The notes beneath the pieces are model-generated. The model was not told where the DNA came from, searched no databases, and saw only the letters and a list, made by a program, of their open reading frames with translations. From Vicugna vicugna (taxonomy: Eukaryota): 64,000 nt of DNA. The position numbers and the translations under genes are program-made. The stretch covers positions 2,861,308 to 2,925,307 of the forward strand of contig MU061578.1 in NCBI GenBank assembly GCA_013265495.1. The letters run 5' to 3'. Shown piece by piece: positions 1 through 12,955 of the stretch. Within the stretch, counting starts at the first letter, position 1. Every line of letters starts with the position of its first letter.

Positions 1-1147
1 TGCACGCACAGCCACACCAGCTTGGAACCCAGATTTTAGAGAATGGAGGAAGGAGGGTTGTGAAGCACAACTTGAATTCCTCCTCAAATCTGCTAATTCT
101 TCCCAAAGCAATTGGGCCAGGCCAGGCTGAGTCAGCAGGATTCCCTGCTGCCTCCTGAGCCCAGGAGGGTGGAACTGGGTGGGAGTCCAAGAGCGTGGGG
201 CTGGAGCAGGCTAACCCAGCAACTAGCCTCAGAACCCTTCCCTAGAAAATGAGATAAGAAAGCCTCTTCCCAGGTGGCAGTCCTTGGGGGGCGTCAATCA
301 GCTGAGGCATGCTGGGCACATGCCATGTTGCTTGGCATGGAGCCAGCCCTCAATAAATAAGAAATGGCAATAATATCACCAGTGTCACAGCTGGTACTCA
401 GCAGCTGAGCTATAAGTCTGCTAACGTAAAGGCCCCTAGTTTGGCTCCCTCCTCAAAGCCAGACTTTGGGGAGGTGTGGGGAACGGAGACTTAAAAGTTG
501 GGAGAAGTCCACAGCTCTGACATAGTTTGGAGTTCCTGTACTTGCTTATAACCCTCAGCCCACAGGCATTGAGCCTCCAGCTACAGGTGTAACCCCCTCC
601 TTTTTGTGGAGCCCTCACTAAGTGCTGGGGGGGGGCATGCTGTTGTGCCCATTTCACAGATGAGGAGAACTGAGGCTCAGAGAGACAAAATGACTTGCCA
701 AGCTGCTCACACAGCTGAAAGAGACTGAACAAGGACTCCACCCCAGCCTGGGGGGAGTTAAGAGGGGGAATCTGTTCCCCTTCCTCCCCATCTTTGGAGT
801 CCTGATAAGGCTCTTCTTCCCAGAGTAATCCCAGTAGGCTTTGTAGTGTTGGATCTTTGTCTCTGATCTTAGACTATCAGCAACTTGAAGGTAGAGCAGC
901 TTCCTTGTTCGGCATGGGTTCTAGTTTACCCAAATGCCGTATCTTCCATAATCCTTATCAACCAGTATCTTTCAGTCCAGTAAGAAAGTCCAACAAATAA
1001 GGAGGTTGGTACCACAGAGTATGGTGGGTGCTGACAGCAGGGCATGAAGTGGAGAGAGGCCAAGGGAGAGGGCAGCAGGGAAGGCTCTGGGAAGAGGGAA
1101 AGCCAGGCGTGGGTCATTTTGAAACAGGTTTTTAAAAAGTAACTGGA

Positions 1148-1280
1148 GGAGGGTTAGTATAGCCCAGTGGCAGAGCATATGCTTAGCATGTGCTGGGTCC
1201 TGGGTTCAATCCTCAGGATTTCTGCTAAAAAAAAAAAAAAAGTACAGCATGAAAAACTCTTAAACAAAAAAGTAACTGGA
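1148..1280 (+). mobile_element. tRNA-derived SINE, Vic-1-like (camelid)
   Basis: A-box-like TAGCCCAGTGGCAGAGC and B-box GGTTCAATCC, followed by a poly-A tail. Target-site duplication AAAAAGTAACTGGA at 1134-1147 and 1267-1280. Confidence 0.8.
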
Positions 1281-3599
1281 AAAGGCTATTGAAAAAACAA
1301 TCCAAGCACATATAAAAATAATATCCAAAGGAAATTTTTTAAAAATAAAATAAAATCCAAACACTATAAAAGAGCATACAATGAAAATTCAGATTTCTCT
1401 CCTGAGGGGACTCCTGGCTAACAGTTTCTTGTGGATCCTTCCAGAAGTTTTCTGTGCATATACACGCACATGCTCCCTGCTTCTCCCTTGCACTCTGCTT
1501 CTGGTGCCTGACGCTGCCTTCCACATCGTGCTCTTTTCCAGCTACGTGGTCTTCCCGGTGTAGATGCGCCCTGAGTTATTTAACCTCCTGAACCCAGTCC
1601 CAGTGGCCATCAGGTTGTTCTCAGGGCCTCCTCCCTGGTAACAGTGCTGCCGTGAACATCTCCCAAGGTAAGTTTAGCCTCCGAGGGAAATGTAATAGGG
1701 ACAAGTAAGGAAAGGGTTTCCAGGAAGAGTTGTGCCATAAAACAGGGGAATGGACAATGTTCCCTTCTAAGCCCCTTCTGTGACCCACCTGGAGTGCAGG
1801 AAGGGGTCCTGGGTGAGCAAGCTCTGTGCTCAGTTCAGGCTTCTGCAAACCCCAGGTAGCACCCCCCACATGCATTCTGAAGCCTTGGCTCCTCCCTGAC
1901 ACCTGCTTCCCATGTTGGCCAGCTGGACTTGCAGTCTCCAGTTGGCCACCAGGCCCCATTCTAACCTCAGACTTGGGAAGGGAAGTCACTTCAGGATGGA
2001 GGGAATTGCTCAAGCTCTCAGCTGCCTCATAGGGAACTCCCCACCTTGGTGGAGCACCTGAGAGAGGAGCCAGGCAAAGCCAAGTTCAGAGGGGAAAGAG
2101 GGGTTAGGTTTGGCTGGAAGATCTGCTCAGGGCTCCCAACCTGAGCAGCTACGGGGCTACAGGCAGGATCCCTCACTCTTGGCTTCTCACAGAGAGGCCA
2201 GGGACCACCAGGGTGACTTGCCAAAAGTTCAATTCCTAGGACCCTTCCTACACTCCCTAGTCAGGAGCCAGGATGCCGGTGAGGGGGGTCCAGAGCCCTG
2301 GAATCTGCATTTTACAAACTCCTCTGGGGAGCCTGATGCACAGCTGCTAAGCTGCTGCACCCCCTGGGGTCCTTTTCCTTTTAAGGTCTCCAGACACTTT
2401 TGCAAAGTTAACAATTGGAAGTCATCAGTTTTTTATATTATTATTAATATGTCTTTCCCCCTCCCTTAAGAGAAAGACTGCTGTTTTTGGGGTTTTCCCT
2501 TTTCTCACCAATGTAGCAGAACCAGGCAGCCAAGATTGCTAGAGTAGTCATATCTGTTGAAAGAGTGAGTGGATGAACCAATTGAAACTGATAGATGCTC
2601 CCCCAGAAAAAATGCACATATGGACACACACATTTTGAAAGCAACTGTAAGAGGAGCCACAGACCCCCCTTAAGCCCACCTGCAGATGCCCCCTTAAAAT
2701 AAGGTTTTCCTAGAGTCTTTGTAACCCTTAAACACTGAAATCCTTTGGTGGCAGGGACAATAGATGGTCTAAAGGACACTGTTCTCAGATGCTCTGGGGT
2801 CTGGGGTGGGAAAAGTCTGTAGGAATCCACTTCCCCACCCACCTCCTTATTCTGTTAAAAAAAAAAAAAAAAAAAAAAGCTAGGGAAGGGACTGGCCTGA
2901 GGACTCTGAATACCCAGTGAGGGACCCTTCCTTCCTCCTCTGCAGACCTCATCACTCCCCATCTGAGCCCTAATAGCCCTTTGGCCATAATTTATCTCTG
3001 ATGCCTTCTGACATCTTCCCACTGTGTTCTCCCCCTTCCCAGCTGGGCTCAGAATTCCCAGTGCTCTCTAGAGTGGCGCTAAAGTCTCCCGGTTGTCAGG
3101 ACCCTACTTGGGCTCGCCGTCAGACTCTACTCTCTCCAACTGCAGCCTTTTCCACAGGCGCACAGCACCAGGGCCACGGTCTAACCTGGCCTCCTGCTGG
3201 CACAGAGAACTTAGCACATTCGGCACATGCTAAGTAAGTGCTTTGTGTGATTACCTACAGGAATCTCCTCAGAACCCTATGGGATGGGCCTGTTGTTATC
3301 ACTGTTTGACAAATAAGGAAACTGAGGCTGGAAGCAGCAAGAAGCCTTGCCAAGGAGTCAACTGACCGTTGCGGCAGCAGGATTTGAACTCATGCAGTTG
3401 CGCTCCAGAGCTCCCTTTTCTCAATTGCCTTCAACGGATGCTACCACCTGAAAGTAATTCACTAGCTATCAGGGGCACAGAGACCAGTCCGATCTCTGCC
3501 ACACCTGCCTGGGGGGCCCACCTGGGTGTCAGCCGAAGAAAGGGGAGCCCTGATGCCCAAGAGAGGCAGCGGAGAGCCAGGTGACGGCCCTCAGCCAGG

Positions 3600-4380
3600 G
3601 GGCGCGCCAGGCCAAGGGTCGGGGTGAGCAGGGTGCTGGGCGTGCTCGGGAAAGCGGCCAGTGCGCCCCGGCCCGCGAGTGTCCCGGCTGTGGTGTGGGT
3701 GTTGTCCCGGCAGGACCGGGTGCCTCACCTCCAGCCCGAGCCGGATCCCCTACTCATTCCGCGGAGCCAAGGGTGGGCGCCCGGCGCGCCTGGAAGTCCC
3801 GCCCACCCGGAGCCCCGCCTCCGGGAAGGTAAGCACCACCCTCTCGCGAGGGGCCGGAAGAGCCGGTGGCTTGCGCGCGCCCCGCCCCTCGAGAACAGAG
3901 ACTGGGCGCCGCGGCCGCTCCGCGCTGGTGGCTCCGGCGTCGCGGTCCGCTCAGCTCCGCGCGCTGCCCGCCCCTCCGTGCACGCCGGGCCCGCCGCTGC
4001 CCAGTGCCCAGCCCTGCGCCGCGACCCGGCGCCACGTCCGCCCGGCCTGAGCGCCACCGTGAACTCGCTCTTCAGGAAGAGAAACAGAGACAAATACAGC
4101 CCCACGGTTCGGACCCGCAGGTGAGGAGGCGCCCGCGGGTCGCTCGCTGGGGGTCGCGCTGAGCTGGGAAGCGCCGCTCAGGGCGTGGGGGGAACAGCCG
4201 GGTCGCGAGGGCTGCGAGGATGCCCAAGAAGCACTGGCCTGGGGGGCCCAGAGGGCGAGGAACCCAGCCAGGAGTGTGCGACGCGCGGGAACGCGGGGCC
4301 CGAGGGCCATCCTTGAGCGGGAAGCACCGCCAACGTGGGACTCTTCTTTTGGGCACCCGTGGCCTCGCACAGTCACAGCC
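3600..4380 (+). promoter_or_regulatory. CpG island / PPL-type promoter
   Basis: Dense CpG and GC-box-like motifs (CCCCGCCC, CCCGCC) surrounding the PPL-like exon 1. Boundaries are approximate. Confidence 0.85.
4059..4120 (+). pseudogene. PPL: Orphan periplakin exon 1 (start codon ATG>GTG), no downstream PPL exon found in window
   Basis: GCCACC-GTG then (V)NSLFRKRNRDKYSPTVRTR(S), 62 coding nt, ending at donor AG|GTGAGG. Recalled human PPL N-terminus is MNSLFRKRNKGKYSPTVQTRS. Confidence 0.8.
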
Positions 4381-7300
4381 CTGGGTAGGTGCCAGGTGCT
4401 TCCCTGCGTGGTCTGGCCAGACCAGCATAGCCCTCTGCCCCTTCCCCTTGGTGGGTACAGGTTCATGGACCAGACTGGAGTGGGCGGTAACCTCTTACCC
4501 AATTTTCTCAACAAGAATCTCTTGAGTGTTACCAGTGCCTAGCCCTGTACTTTATAACTCTAAGATGGATGTGGTTGCTGGTCACAGGGTGCTGACCCCC
4601 AAGTTATTCTTTAACCTTCAGTTTTCTGGGAGCCTGCTTCTTTGTCTGGAGGAGGGCGGGGTTGCCAGTAAGAGTCAGCATTGAGGTGGGCAGGATCTCC
4701 TAGCCTCTGGTCCCAGCTTTGCTACATCTGCTGTGGGCAGATCACGGAACCTCTCAGCCTGTTTCCTCATTTAAAAAGCGGGAATGTTGCTAATATCTTC
4801 TGTGCGGGGTGGCTGGGAGGAGCCAGTGTAACAACGGAGAGAATGCCCCTACCACATAGGAGGTGCCCACACAGGGCCAGCATCCCCCCACCCCCGCCCC
4901 AGCGAAGGGGAGCTCGGAGCCAGGACTTGTGACCTTCACACCCAGGCAGTCCCGACTTGGACTGTACAAGTAAACAGAAATGGGCGAGTGGAGAGCCCCC
5001 CTTGGAGAACACCACCCCTCCCTGTTTGCCAGCAGCTGAAACTGGGTGTGAACCCGCTGCTCCCCTCGCCCTGCTTCCTAATGACAGGCGTGGGAGCTGG
5101 TGTTCACACCTGAGCTAATGGCAGGGTCAGGCCCGATGGTGCAGGCCCCCGAGGGCAGTGTCCAGCTCAGCGGGGAGAGGCATGAGGGGCCTTGGTCCTA
5201 CCACCCTGCTCATGGCTGAGAGTACAGCCCCAGCCAGCCCCCGCTTCCCAGCTGTGTGACCTGGGGAGCTTCTTGGCTTCTCTGAGCCTCTGTTTTCTCA
5301 CCTGTAGAATAGGCATAAGAATAGTATTTCCCTGGTAATATTGTTGGCATGAGGATTAAATGAAATAATTCAGGGAAAGGGTTGAGAATTACAGGAAGCG
5401 TCGATCCACGGCAGCTACGATGAGTATAACTATCGAATAAATGTGAATAGGAGCCTCCTGTGTGTCTGGGATTGAGCTGGATGCCGTGATGGACAGGCGG
5501 TGCACTGCACAACTCCAGGGGTGCCGTTCCTGGGGGGTGGGGGTGGATGTGGGGGAGACACTGACAGTCTCCCTGCACTTGGTGGAATTATGCTTAATTG
5601 TGAGTGTGGTTACAGGCTGTCGTGGTGGTGGTGGTGCGAGCCCGGCGAGGGTAGTGGGGAGGGGACGTAGAGCTGGACAGACGAGGTCTCCAGCCTGACG
5701 GCTCTGGTGCTCCCTGTCTGAAGTGAGGGCTGTCAGGGTTAGGGTGGAGACCTGGGAGGTCAGGGAGGACTTCCTGAGGAGGTGTTTGACCTGGCATGGG
5801 GAGTGGATTGGTTAGATCCAGCTCTGAAGTTAGAGTGAATTCTGCCTGTATTTGATTTTGGCCAAGAAATCTGGCCTCACTGTGAGCCTCAGCTTCCCCA
5901 TTTGTAAAATGGGACTAATTTTGCCCATCCACCCAGACCTGGGTCCCAGTAAACACCCAGCAGCCTGGCCTCACTTCCCAACCTCACCCGGGCAAAGTGC
6001 TGCAAGAATGGCCCAGTCCCAGTGAGGGGACCCTGTTGGGGAGGCAGCGCCCAAGGCTTTGAGGGCTGGTGAAAGGGGCACATGTCCTACTAGAAGCCGC
6101 CTGGGGTACCCTGGGTGGTTAAGAGCTTAGAGTTTGATGTCATCCAGGTGTGAGGTCAAGCCCCAGCTCTGCATCCTGAACTGTGTGACCTTAGGCAGGT
6201 CCTGTCACACCTCTGAGCCTCAGTTTCCTCACCTGTGAAATGGGAGTGATGCGGCAACCCCCAGCTGGTGAGGTCGCTAGGGAATGCAGGTGATGGGCCC
6301 GACCACAGACCAGGCTCACCGTGAGTGCCCAGAAAGTCATAGCAGCCAATATTGGTAACCACACCCTGCTGTTAAGGGCAAGGAGGTTGCTAAGACCAGA
6401 GCAGCCCAGGCAGCTGGTCTCCCTCCAGCTGTGGAGGCTGTGGCCCAAGTGGGACAGGACATTCATTCACCCCGGCATTCATGTGGGCCCCCTCTTTAAG
6501 AAGACACATGGAGAGACACACATGCATGCGTTGCTCAGTGACAACTGGAAAGCTTGAGCAGTTTGGGGGAGGGCACTGTGAACAAAGCCCCCCTCCCACC
6601 GTGTGGGTGACTAGGACCAGCGTAATCCACTCAGCCATTTCTCAACATCTACTGTGCGCCTTGCACGGCCATGGACGTTAGAGCATCTCGTTCTGATCCC
6701 GTGCCTGCCAGGCTGGTGGTGGTGTCCCATTTCACAGAGTGTAACAGTGAGGCCAGGAGTAAAGGCAGTCACCTTGGGCTCAAAGCTCACAAGTAGCCGA
6801 TGCTGGGGACCTGGGGGCTTTTGCAGAGGGAAATTAGGTCTCCCCACCTGTACCTGGAGCTGGTGGCAGCTGTCTCTGGGGACTTTCCCAGGCTAGATGG
6901 TGGAATCCTTGGGGTTTGAATCTCTGACTGCCCAGAAACTCTTTCTCCCTCTCTTCTCTGTGGTTTTGCCCTCACTCTCCTAGTCCTCTTGGCAGAGGAA
7001 GTGAGACCTGGTAAATTAGATTCAGAACAGAATGGAGCTGAACCTATAACAATGGCTGCCATGGTGGCATTTCAGGCATTGTCAGGGCAGTCATCTGGGG
7101 ACAGGAAGTTTGAGGGGAGAGGCTTAGCTCAATTCAAACCATTTAGGTGACACTCTAAGGAGGGTGAGAGGTATCAGAAGGGCCCTGGGGGCTAGGGGAG
7201 AAGCTGCCTTGGAGAGCATTTCTTTCCCAGGCTCCTCATCAAGGGGTGAGGCCAGGATTCCGAGCTCCTCTCAGCCCCAGGCAGGGCTGTGCAGGTTGGT

Positions 7301-9059
7301 GCCAGTGCTACCTGTCACTCTCCCTGCTGTCTGCCCTGGCCTGGCTCGGAGTGGGAAGACTGAAATGGCCCTTGGTCTTTGTTTTCTCTGTGTTTGGTGG
7401 GTCTTCTGTCTTCCAGTCTCCTGAGCCTGGGGAGGGAGACCCCTGTTGCCCCTTCCTGCCTCCAGGCAGGCAAGCCCAGCCCTTTCCTCCATGTTTCCCT
7501 GCCTCCAGAGCTAGCAGCCCCAGCTGGGCCACCAGACCCCTCCTGTCTGAGCGCTTGCAGTAGCCTGTTCACAGTTCCTGCTTCTGCTCCATCACCCCAG
7601 TCCCTTCTCCCAATGGCAGCCAGGGAGCTCTTTGTAAGATGTAGATCTGGTCCTGTCTCCCGCTGCTTAATCCAGTCCCAGGCTGCCCTTTGCTCTCAGG
7701 CCCTGGGGCCTGCCACCTTACACAACACAAAACGCTTTCCCCTCACTCTCTCCTTTCCGTACTGTTTCCAGCCCCTTGGCCTTTACTAATGCTGTTCCTT
7801 CTGCCTCCAGTGCTCTTCCCGCCCCTCTTCACTCACGTCTCTTCCTCAGTAGGTCTCTGTCCCTTGTGAAGCCCTCCCTAACTTATCTGCTGGGGCAGAT
7901 CCACCTCCTCCATTGTCTTATCCATCTCCCTTGTCACTCTTATCTCAGTGCCATTTGACTCTGCTTGGTGACACACCTGATGGGAATGAAGATGTGTCTC
8001 CCCCAGAGACTGGCAGAGGCAGCCCATGTGCTGAATGAGTGAATGAATGAATGAGGGTGAGCCATGGAGGACTGCTAAGATTCTCCTCCACCCCCCTGAA
8101 ACATCTCACAGGAGCACATGCTGGTGCAGGCACACACACACCCCCACCAAGAAGTGGGGTGGGTGGGGCTTCTATCTAGTGGAAAGAAAGGTCTTCAAGG
8201 ACTTGAGCTGAGAGCCTACCACCCCCTGCCTCCATCTCCCATCTTCTGTGTGCTCTGTACACAAGCGGCAACAAGGCAACAATGCGGGAGATAAGTGCCG
8301 AGATAATGGAGGCAACAGGCTTCTGGAGGAGGGGGTGGGTGAAGAGGGAGCACATAGGGGCATGAGTTGGACAAAGTGTGTGTCCCTGAGCACAAGCCTG
8401 CAAAGGCATCATGTTGCATGAACAAAGCAGACTGATAAAGGACACAGCACGTTTGTGGGCATTTAAAAACATTCATACAAAGGAATTCCATATAGTGTTT
8501 CTGGATGCAGACACAGATATGTATTGAAAGTCTAAATCAGGCTTAGGAAGAAACCAGCAGCTCCAAAATTACCCTACCCCAGGGGAGGGGCTCAAGGGAT
8601 AATGAAAGATAACATTGGTTTTGTTTTGTTTTGTTTTGTTTTAACAAAATCTGAAGCACATTTGGCCGTGTGGGAACATCAGCTGAGTCTGAGTGGTAGG
8701 ATTGCTTTCGGTATTTTTCTGCATGTTTGAGCTAGGTCAAGAGTTTTCAAGTTTTTTACGGTGAGGGGCGGGATGGACTTGGGAGCTGGCAGCGGGAACA
8801 GTGGAGGGAAGCCCACAGTCCTGCACCTGAGTCCTGTCAGCAGGGACAGAAGGGGTCTGGGGGAGGAAGAGGAGCTGGCCTCAGGAGACGAAGGTGCCCA
8901 AGGCCTGGGGATAAGGATGCGGGGCCAGCAGGAGGGCTCTGGATGGGGAGACAAAGAGTCTCAGAAGTGGGGAGGGAATGACCGGCGGTGAATGGGGAAA
9001 GCTGTGAACACTTGGGAGGCTCTGAGATTGAGTCCTAGCTCTTTTTTTTTTTAAAAAAC

Positions 9060-10060
9060 TTTATTCATTTATGTGTTTATTTCACAATATCATATTTTTA
9101 AATTATAGTTGATATACAGTATTATATGTTACAGGTATACAGTATAGTGATTCACAATTTTTAAAGGTTACACTCCATTTATAGTTACTATAAAATATTG
9201 GCCATATTCCCCATTGTGTACAATACATGCTTGTAGTTTATTTTATACCTGATAATTTGTACCTCTTACTCCTCCACCTCCATCTTGCCCCTCCTCCTTC
9301 CCTCTCCTCACTGGTGACCACTAGTTCCTTCTCTACATCTGTGAGTCTGCTTCTTTTCTGTTATATTCACTAGTTTGTTATATGTTTTTAGACTCTACAT
9401 GTAAATGATATCTTACAGTATTTGTCTTTCTCTGTCTGACTTATTTCATGTAGCATAATGCCCACCAAGTCCATCCATGCTGTACACCAGAAACTAATAC
9501 AACATTTTAAATCAACTGTACTTAAATTAAAAAGCAAACAAACAAACAAACAAACAAACATCCCATTTAAAATATGGGCAGAAGAACTGAACAGACATTT
9601 TTCCAAAAGAGGAAATGCAAATGGCCAACAGGAACATGAAAAGTTGCTCAACATCACTAACATCAGGGAAACGCAAGTCCAAATCACAGTGAGACACCAT
9701 CTCACGCCTGTCAGAATGGCCATCATCAAAAAGAACACAAATAACAAATGCTGGCAAGGGTGTGGGGAAAAGGGAACCCTTGTACGCTGTTGGTGGGAAT
9801 GTAAATTGGTGCAGCCACCATGGAAAACAATATGGAGTGTGGCTGAAAAATCCCACTCCTGGGCATATATCCGAGAAAAACAAAGACATTAATTCAAAAA
9901 GATACATACACCTCACTATTAACAGCAGCACCATTTATAATTGCCAAGATATGGACGCATCCCAGGTGCACATCAATAGATGAATGGATGAAGAAGATGT
10001 AGCATATATATGCAATGGAATACAACTCACCCAAAAAAAGGATATCTTGCCATTTGCGGC
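9060..10060. mobile_element. L1 3' end (minus, ~9060-9480) joined to an oppositely oriented ORF2-end segment (~9560-10060)
   Basis: Minus strand has the L1 3' motif (WMDLVGIMLHEISQTEKDKY). Plus strand translates as L1 ORF2 C-terminus (WAEELNRHFSK...HHLTPVRMAIIKK...WWECKLVQP). Confidence 0.85.
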
Positions 10061-10099
10061 CCTTCATTCACTTTTTTTTTGTCACTTCAAAAACCACAA

Positions 10100-10420
10100 T
10101 TTTATAGCTGGCATAAACATTTTCATTGCATCAAAAACAACAACATACCTAGAAGTAAACTTAACCAAGGAGGTTACCCTACACTCTGAAAACTGTAAAA
10201 CACTGATGAAGGAGGTGAAGATGATACAAAGAAATGGAAAGATATCTTGTGCTCTTGGATTAGAAGAATCAACATTACCAAAAATGGCCATACTACCCAA
10301 AGCAATCTACAGATCCAGTGGAACCCCTGTCAAAATTGACATTTTTCACAGAACTAGAACAAACAATTCCAAAATGTATATGGAACCATAAAAGACCCCT
10401 AAATGCCAAAGCAATCTTTT
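10100..10420 (+). mobile_element. L1 ORF2 fragment
   Basis: YLEVNLTKEV...KMAILPKAIYR...FFTELEQTIPKCIWNHKRP, typical of L1 ORF2. Confidence 0.8.
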
Positions 10421-12460
10421 GTAGGTCTTTTTTTCCCTCTTCTTTTTTTTCTCTTTTCATGTGGTTTGATGACGAGAGAAGTTCCTTTAACATTTGTTGT
10501 AAAGCTGGTTTGGTGGTGCTGAATTTTTTTAGCTTTTGTTTATCTGTGAAGCTTTTGATTTCTCCATCAAGTCTGAGTAAGAGCCTTGCTGGATAGAGTA
10601 TTCTTGGTTGTAAATTTTTCCCTTTCATCACTTCAGATATATCATGCCAGTCCTTTCTGGCCTATAGAGTTTCCGCTGAAAAGTCAGCTGATAACCTTAT
10701 GGGAGTTCCCTTGTGTGTTATTTGTTGCTTTTCCCTTGCTGATTTTATTATTTTTCTCCTTATCCTTAGCTTTTGTCGGTTTGATTCCTATGTGCCTTGG
10801 TGTGCTCCTCTTTGGGTTGATCCTGTGTGGAACTCTCTGTGCTTCCTGGACTTGGGTGACTGTTTCCTTTCCCAAGTTAGGGAAGTTTTCAGTGATAATC
10901 TCTCCAAAAATTTTCTCAGGTCCTTTTTTCTCTTTCTGGGACCCCTATAATGTGAACATTAGTGCGCTTCATGTTGTCCCAGAGCTCTCTTAAACGATCC
11001 TCATTTCCTTTCATTCTTTTTTCTTTTTTCTGTTTTGCAGTAGTGATTTCCACTAATCTGTCTTCTAGCTCACTGATCCATCCGTTCTTCTGCCTCATTT
11101 AGTCTATTCTTGGTTCCTTCTAGTGTGTTAATCATTTCAGTGATTTTATTCTCCAGCTCTGGGTGTTCTCTATATTTTCCAGCTCTTTGCTAAAAACTTT
11201 GCTCTGTGCTTCTATACTCCTCTGAACATCTTTGCCATCATCACTCTAACCTCTTTCTCAGATAAATTGCCTGTCTCCTCATCACGTATTTCTTCTTCTG
11301 GGATTTTGTCTTGTGCCTTGGGCTGGGAGATGTTCCTCTGCCTCCTCATATTGTCTAGATTTCTGTTTGTATTTTTAGGTAGGTCAGTTATGTTTCTCGA
11401 TCTTGGAGAGGTGGCCCTCTGGGAGATGTTCTGTGCATCCCAGCAATACGTTCCTCTCTTGTCACCCAAGGGGCAGCGTCCAGCCCATCCCACTGTAGAG
11501 TCTGGCCTGTGTTTGTGGATTCCTTCCACAGGCTTTGGGGTTGTTGTTTTCTTACTTCTGGTATCTGCTCCCTGGTGGATGAGGCTGGACTAGAGGTTTA
11601 TGCAGGTTTCCTGGCAGGAGGAGTCGGTGCCTGCCCACTTCTGGGTGGAGCTTGGTCCTGGTCCTCTGGTGGTAGGGCCGTATCTAGGGTCCTGTCTAGA
11701 GGCGGTTTGTGGCTCAGGAAGTCTGCTGATGCATGGGGCTGTGTTCCCACCCAGTTTGTTGTTTGGCCTGAGGCTTCCCAGCACTTAAGCCTACAGGCTG
11801 TTGGGTGGGGCTGGGTCTTGGTGCTAATGGTCCAATCAAGATGTCAGCCTCAGGAAAGCTCATGTAGATGAACACTCTTCCGCCACCAGCTTTTGTGTCC
11901 CCTGGGTGAGCCGCAGCTATCCCCTGCCCCCCAAGGAGACGTTCCAGAACCAGCAGGCAGGTCTGACCCAGGTTCCTATGAAATCACTGCCTCTACCCTT
12001 GGACCTGGCGCATGCAAGATTCAGTGTACACTTCCCAAGAGAATGAGGTCTCTGTTTCCCCCAGTCCCATGGGGCTTCTGGGGCTAAGCCCCACTGGCCT
12101 TCAAAACCAGATGTCCTGGTATCTCCTCCTCCCAATGCCAGGACCCTGGGCTGTGGAGCCTGACGTGGGGCTCAGAGCTCTCACTGCCGTGGGAGGGCCT
12201 CTGCGGCTCAATTGTTCTTCAGCTTGTGAGTCGCCCACCCAAGGGGTATGGGGCCCGATTATATCGTGAGCACACCCCTCCTACCGTCCCCCTGTGTTTC
12301 CCTCTTTATGTTTCCAGTTGAAGAAGATCTTTTTTGCTAGGTTTGAGTCTTTTTTCTCAATGATTGTTTAGCAGTCAGTTGTGGTTTTGCTGTAGTCATG
12401 AGGAGAGGCGAGCTCGTGGTCCTACCACTCTACTGTCTTGACCAGAAATCCTAGGAGAAA
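10420..12460 (-). mobile_element. L1 5'UTR and ORF1 remnant
   Basis: Minus-strand ORF1-like peptides (MKGKNLQPRILYPARL..., QVQEAQRVPHRINPKRSTPRHI, ISELEDRLVEIT) broken by frameshifts. Confidence 0.85.
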
Positions 12461-12955
12461 CCTTTTTTTAAAAAACTAAACTATGAACTTTGGTCTGTCT
12501 CCCCAGTCCCCTCGATGTCCTCTTTCTGTTCCAGGACCCCAGGTTGCATTTAGTCGTCACGTCTCCCTCGTCTCTTCCTGCCTGACAGTTTCTCGGCCTT
12601 GTCTTTTGTGACTGGTCACTTGGTGAGGTCTCGTTAAGTATTTCGTAGAACACCCCTCAATTTGGGTTTGTCTGCCAGCTCCCAGCCATGAGATGGAGGT
12701 TGTGCATTACTGGGGAGGATTCCGAGGGAGGGATGTGTTCTCCATGGTGCCGGCGTCTGGATTCCACTGCGTGGATGCACCTTCTCCGTGGCGGTGTTCA
12801 CCTTGCTGTCCTCGTGCTGTGAAGTTACTGTTTTTCAGAAGGAATCTGTTTTACAAGACCAGGCGCCGCTGGCCAGCAGGAGTCCCCAGGAGAGAAAGGG
12901 GGACCATGGCGGAACCCTGTACACAGACCAGGGACCAATGTAAGGAGTCAGCTTT

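Noticed and set aside
1148..1230. tRNA-like sequence
   Set aside because: Has a poly-A tail, a target-site duplication and no convincing cloverleaf, so it is a SINE rather than a tRNA gene. The same applies at 43161 and 63589.
3581..4542. Many overlapping 80-190 aa ORFs on both strands
   Set aside because: Expected in a stop-poor CpG island. Only the PPL exon-1 peptide is recognisable.
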